A stretch of DNA of 6,679 nucleotides, from the IMG/VR virus record IMGVR_UViG_3300029006_000021, positions 1 to 6,679 of that record, one strand, 5' to 3'. Each line of letters begins with the position of its first letter. Positions within the stretch are counted from its first letter, which is position 1. Both the position numbers and the translations under genes were made by a program. The stretch is from a virus (lineage: Duplodnaviria; Heunggongvirae; Uroviricota; Caudoviricetes). The notes beneath the pieces are model-generated. The model saw nothing but the letters and a program-made list of their open reading frames with translations, did not search any database and had not been told where the DNA came from. Of the stretch, positions 5,944-6,679 are shown piece by piece.

Positions 5944-5980
5944 TACCCACGGGTATTTACTTTTTAGATACCCGTGGGTA
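5944..5980. promoter_or_regulatory. Perfect 13-bp inverted repeat (TACCCACGGGTAT / ATACCCGTGGGTA) with 11-nt loop; each arm is itself a TACC-N4-GGTA operator-like motif. Candidate OL-like operator pair and/or bidirectional terminator
   Basis: Read directly; 44 nt after the racR stop. On the minus strand the stem is followed by CTTTTTT, on the plus strand by TTCTTCCTTTC. The shared motif with the racR/ydaS intergenic operators favours a repressor site. Confidence 0.5.
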
Positions 5981-6166
5981 TTCTTCCTTTCATACCAACC
6001 CACTCCGCCCCACAGAATGCAGGGCAATACCTCGAGTTACCCGGCAGTGGTCAGGGGTTAAGTAGCCAGCCCGAGGCGTATGAACATGACGGCGGGAACA
6101 CTTTGTATAACAGCGCAGCAGGTTTTTAGTTCCGCTACCCCGGCGTTAAGGGGAAATGAGGTCAAC

Positions 6167-6319
6167 ATGGATACTATCGAGCTTGGCAACAACGAATCTC
6201 TGGTGTGCGGCGTCTTCCCCAATCAGGACGGCACGTTTACCGCGATGACGTATACCAAAAGTAAAACGTTTAAAACCGAAGCTGGCGCGCATCGCTGGTT
6301 AGCCAGAAACGCCAACTGA
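6167..6319 (+). CDS. Small protein, 50 aa (MDTIELGNNESLVCGVFPNQDGTFTAMTYTKSKTFKTEAGAHRWLARNAN), downstream of the repressor gene; possibly equivalent to the small ydaG/ydaF-type genes of Rac
   Basis: Track ORF 6080..6319 trimmed to ATG 6167 with SD GAGG 5 nt upstream. Equivalence to Rac genes is by position only. Confidence 0.5.
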   Translation: MDTIELGNNESLVCGVFPNQDGTFTAMTYTKSKTFKTEAGAHRWLARNAN

Positions 6320-6485
6320 TTAGCGCCAGTAAAAACAGGTTTCCACAGGTTAATGTACCCTGAAAAGTCATGGCATAACACGAAAGCGCACGGAGAGGTT
6401 TCTTTGCATATAAGTCTTGTCGTTAAATTTCTTCGACCGTGCGCTTCCGGTTGTGTAGCCAGTGCAACCTCGTGGTGTACCCATT

Positions 6486-6524
6486 GGCGGCATCGGTTTG
6501 TTGCTGACTGATGTCCGCCCTTTT
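6486..6524 (+). terminator. Candidate rho-independent terminator: GGCGGCATC / GATGTCCGCC stem (one bulge) followed by CTTTTTAAA
   Basis: Read directly; the loop is large (about 14 nt), so this is weak. Confidence 0.3.
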
Positions 6525-6679
6525 TAAAGTGAATTTTGTGATGCGATGAATGCGGCTATGCGCACGCGGAACAGTTAAAGCAGTAAGGCGGTATTTTACT
6601 GGCGTAACAAGCATCAACTAACCCGGCGTTAATTGTTAACTGGTTAACGTCACCTGGAGGCACCAGGCACTGCATCACA

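Noticed and set aside
5944-5980. Reading the hairpin as a simple intrinsic terminator only
   Set aside because: Not fully rejected, but the 11-nt loop is long for a terminator and both arms carry the operator motif from the racR/ydaS intergenic region, so an operator role is kept as the leading alternative.
6423-6617. 64-aa minus-strand ORF near the right edge
   Set aside because: Non-ATG start with no recognisable SD, basic low-complexity translation, and it would run antisense through the candidate terminator; insufficient support.
1-6679. Scan for CRISPR repeats, tRNA or rRNA genes, IS elements and integrase
   Set aside because: No regularly spaced direct repeats with unique spacers, no cloverleaf-like tRNA candidates, no transposase-like or integrase-like ORFs. 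The only periodic repeats are the 15-bp iterons inside the initiator gene.

Overview
The window reads as the early region (immunity, replication, nin-like accessory genes) of a Rac-type lambdoid prophage from an Escherichia/Shigella-like enterobacterium. All calls rest on reading the sequence and on remembered protein families; no database search was run. A cI-like repressor gene (racR-like, + strand, about 5481..5900) is divergently transcribed from a long, tightly packed minus-strand operon. That operon runs, in transcription order: Cro-like ydaS, CII-like ydaT, an O-like replication initiator with an iteron origin inside its coding sequence, a DnaC-type helicase loader (Walker A/B visible), a 244-aa tandem winged-helix protein, a small double-HTH protein, a DUF4406-like protein, four small hypothetical proteins, two tiny hydrophobic single-helix peptides, and the first 10 codons of a Hok/Gef-family toxin gene that runs off the left edge. 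The racR/ydaS intergenic region carries divergent sigma70-like promoters with four TACC-N4-GGTA operator-like palindromes; the same motif recurs in a 13-bp-stem hairpin downstream of racR. No rRNA, tRNA, CRISPR array, IS element or integrase is visible. The most novel-looking content is the pair of tiny membrane peptides just upstream of the hok-like gene, a strongly acidic Trp-rich 97-aa protein, and the uncharacterised cassette between the helicase loader and the hok end.
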